A DNA stretch of 56,849 bases. Origin: a virus. Lineage: Duplodnaviria > Caudoviricetes. The notes beneath the pieces are model-generated. The model was not told the DNA's origin. It searched no databases and was given only the letters and a program-made list of their open reading frames with translations. Each line of letters opens with the position of its first letter. Position 1 is the first letter of the stretch. The stretch lies in the IMG/VR virus record IMGVR_UViG_3300019871_000001, positions 1-56,849 of that record; one strand, given 5' to 3'. This document shows, in pieces, positions 56,582 through 56,849 of the stretch. A program made the translations under genes and the position numbers.

Positions 56582-56849
56582 TACCTACCCCTAGGACACT
56601 ACACACCTCACCCACACCACGCAACCCCTGTGTGCACGTGGGTATGTGAGTGTGTGGGTATGGGTAGGTAGATGAGCACGTGTGTGCGTATAGCACAGTG
56701 AGATGCATATGGGTATACGTACACACAGATGTGTGCTTGCTCGCTTTCGCTTGCGTTCTGTGGGGTTGCGTGCTACGTGAGATTGGGTGGGTGAGAGGGG
56801 TTGACAACGCGCACCCAGGGGGGTATACGCGCGCACGCCCGCACGCTAT

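Overview
The window looks like a complete, or nearly complete, ~56.8 kb siphovirus genome of an actinobacterial host. The left arm (+) has the L5/cluster-A-like virion gene order: terminase, portal, protease, scaffold, capsid, head-tail connectors, tail tube, frameshifted tail chaperones, tape measure, minor tail proteins, amidase lysin and holin. A leftward block follows (dNMP kinase, tRNAs, GGQ ribosome-rescue factor, SSB-like protein, Cas4-like nuclease). Next is a rightward replication/metabolism block (prim-pol/helicase, PolA, dCMP deaminase, two RNA ligases, PNK, methyltransferase, ThyX, RusA, sigma-like factor). The right end is a leftward early region with tandem sigmaA-type promoters and ArdA. 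I found no integrase, repressor or LysB. Most striking: 23 tRNA genes in two arrays form a non-redundant set covering all 20 amino acids, 10 amino acids per array. The arrays are interleaved with several non-tRNA structured RNA candidates (one a tRNA mimic), an Acb2-type anti-CBASS sponge and a GGQ factor. Also notable are a glycosyltransferase just downstream of the capsid gene, a ~180-bp origin-like element present twice 20.7 kb apart, and a strand-biased CCTCAA motif saturating the early region. All calls are by-eye pattern recognition; no database search was run.
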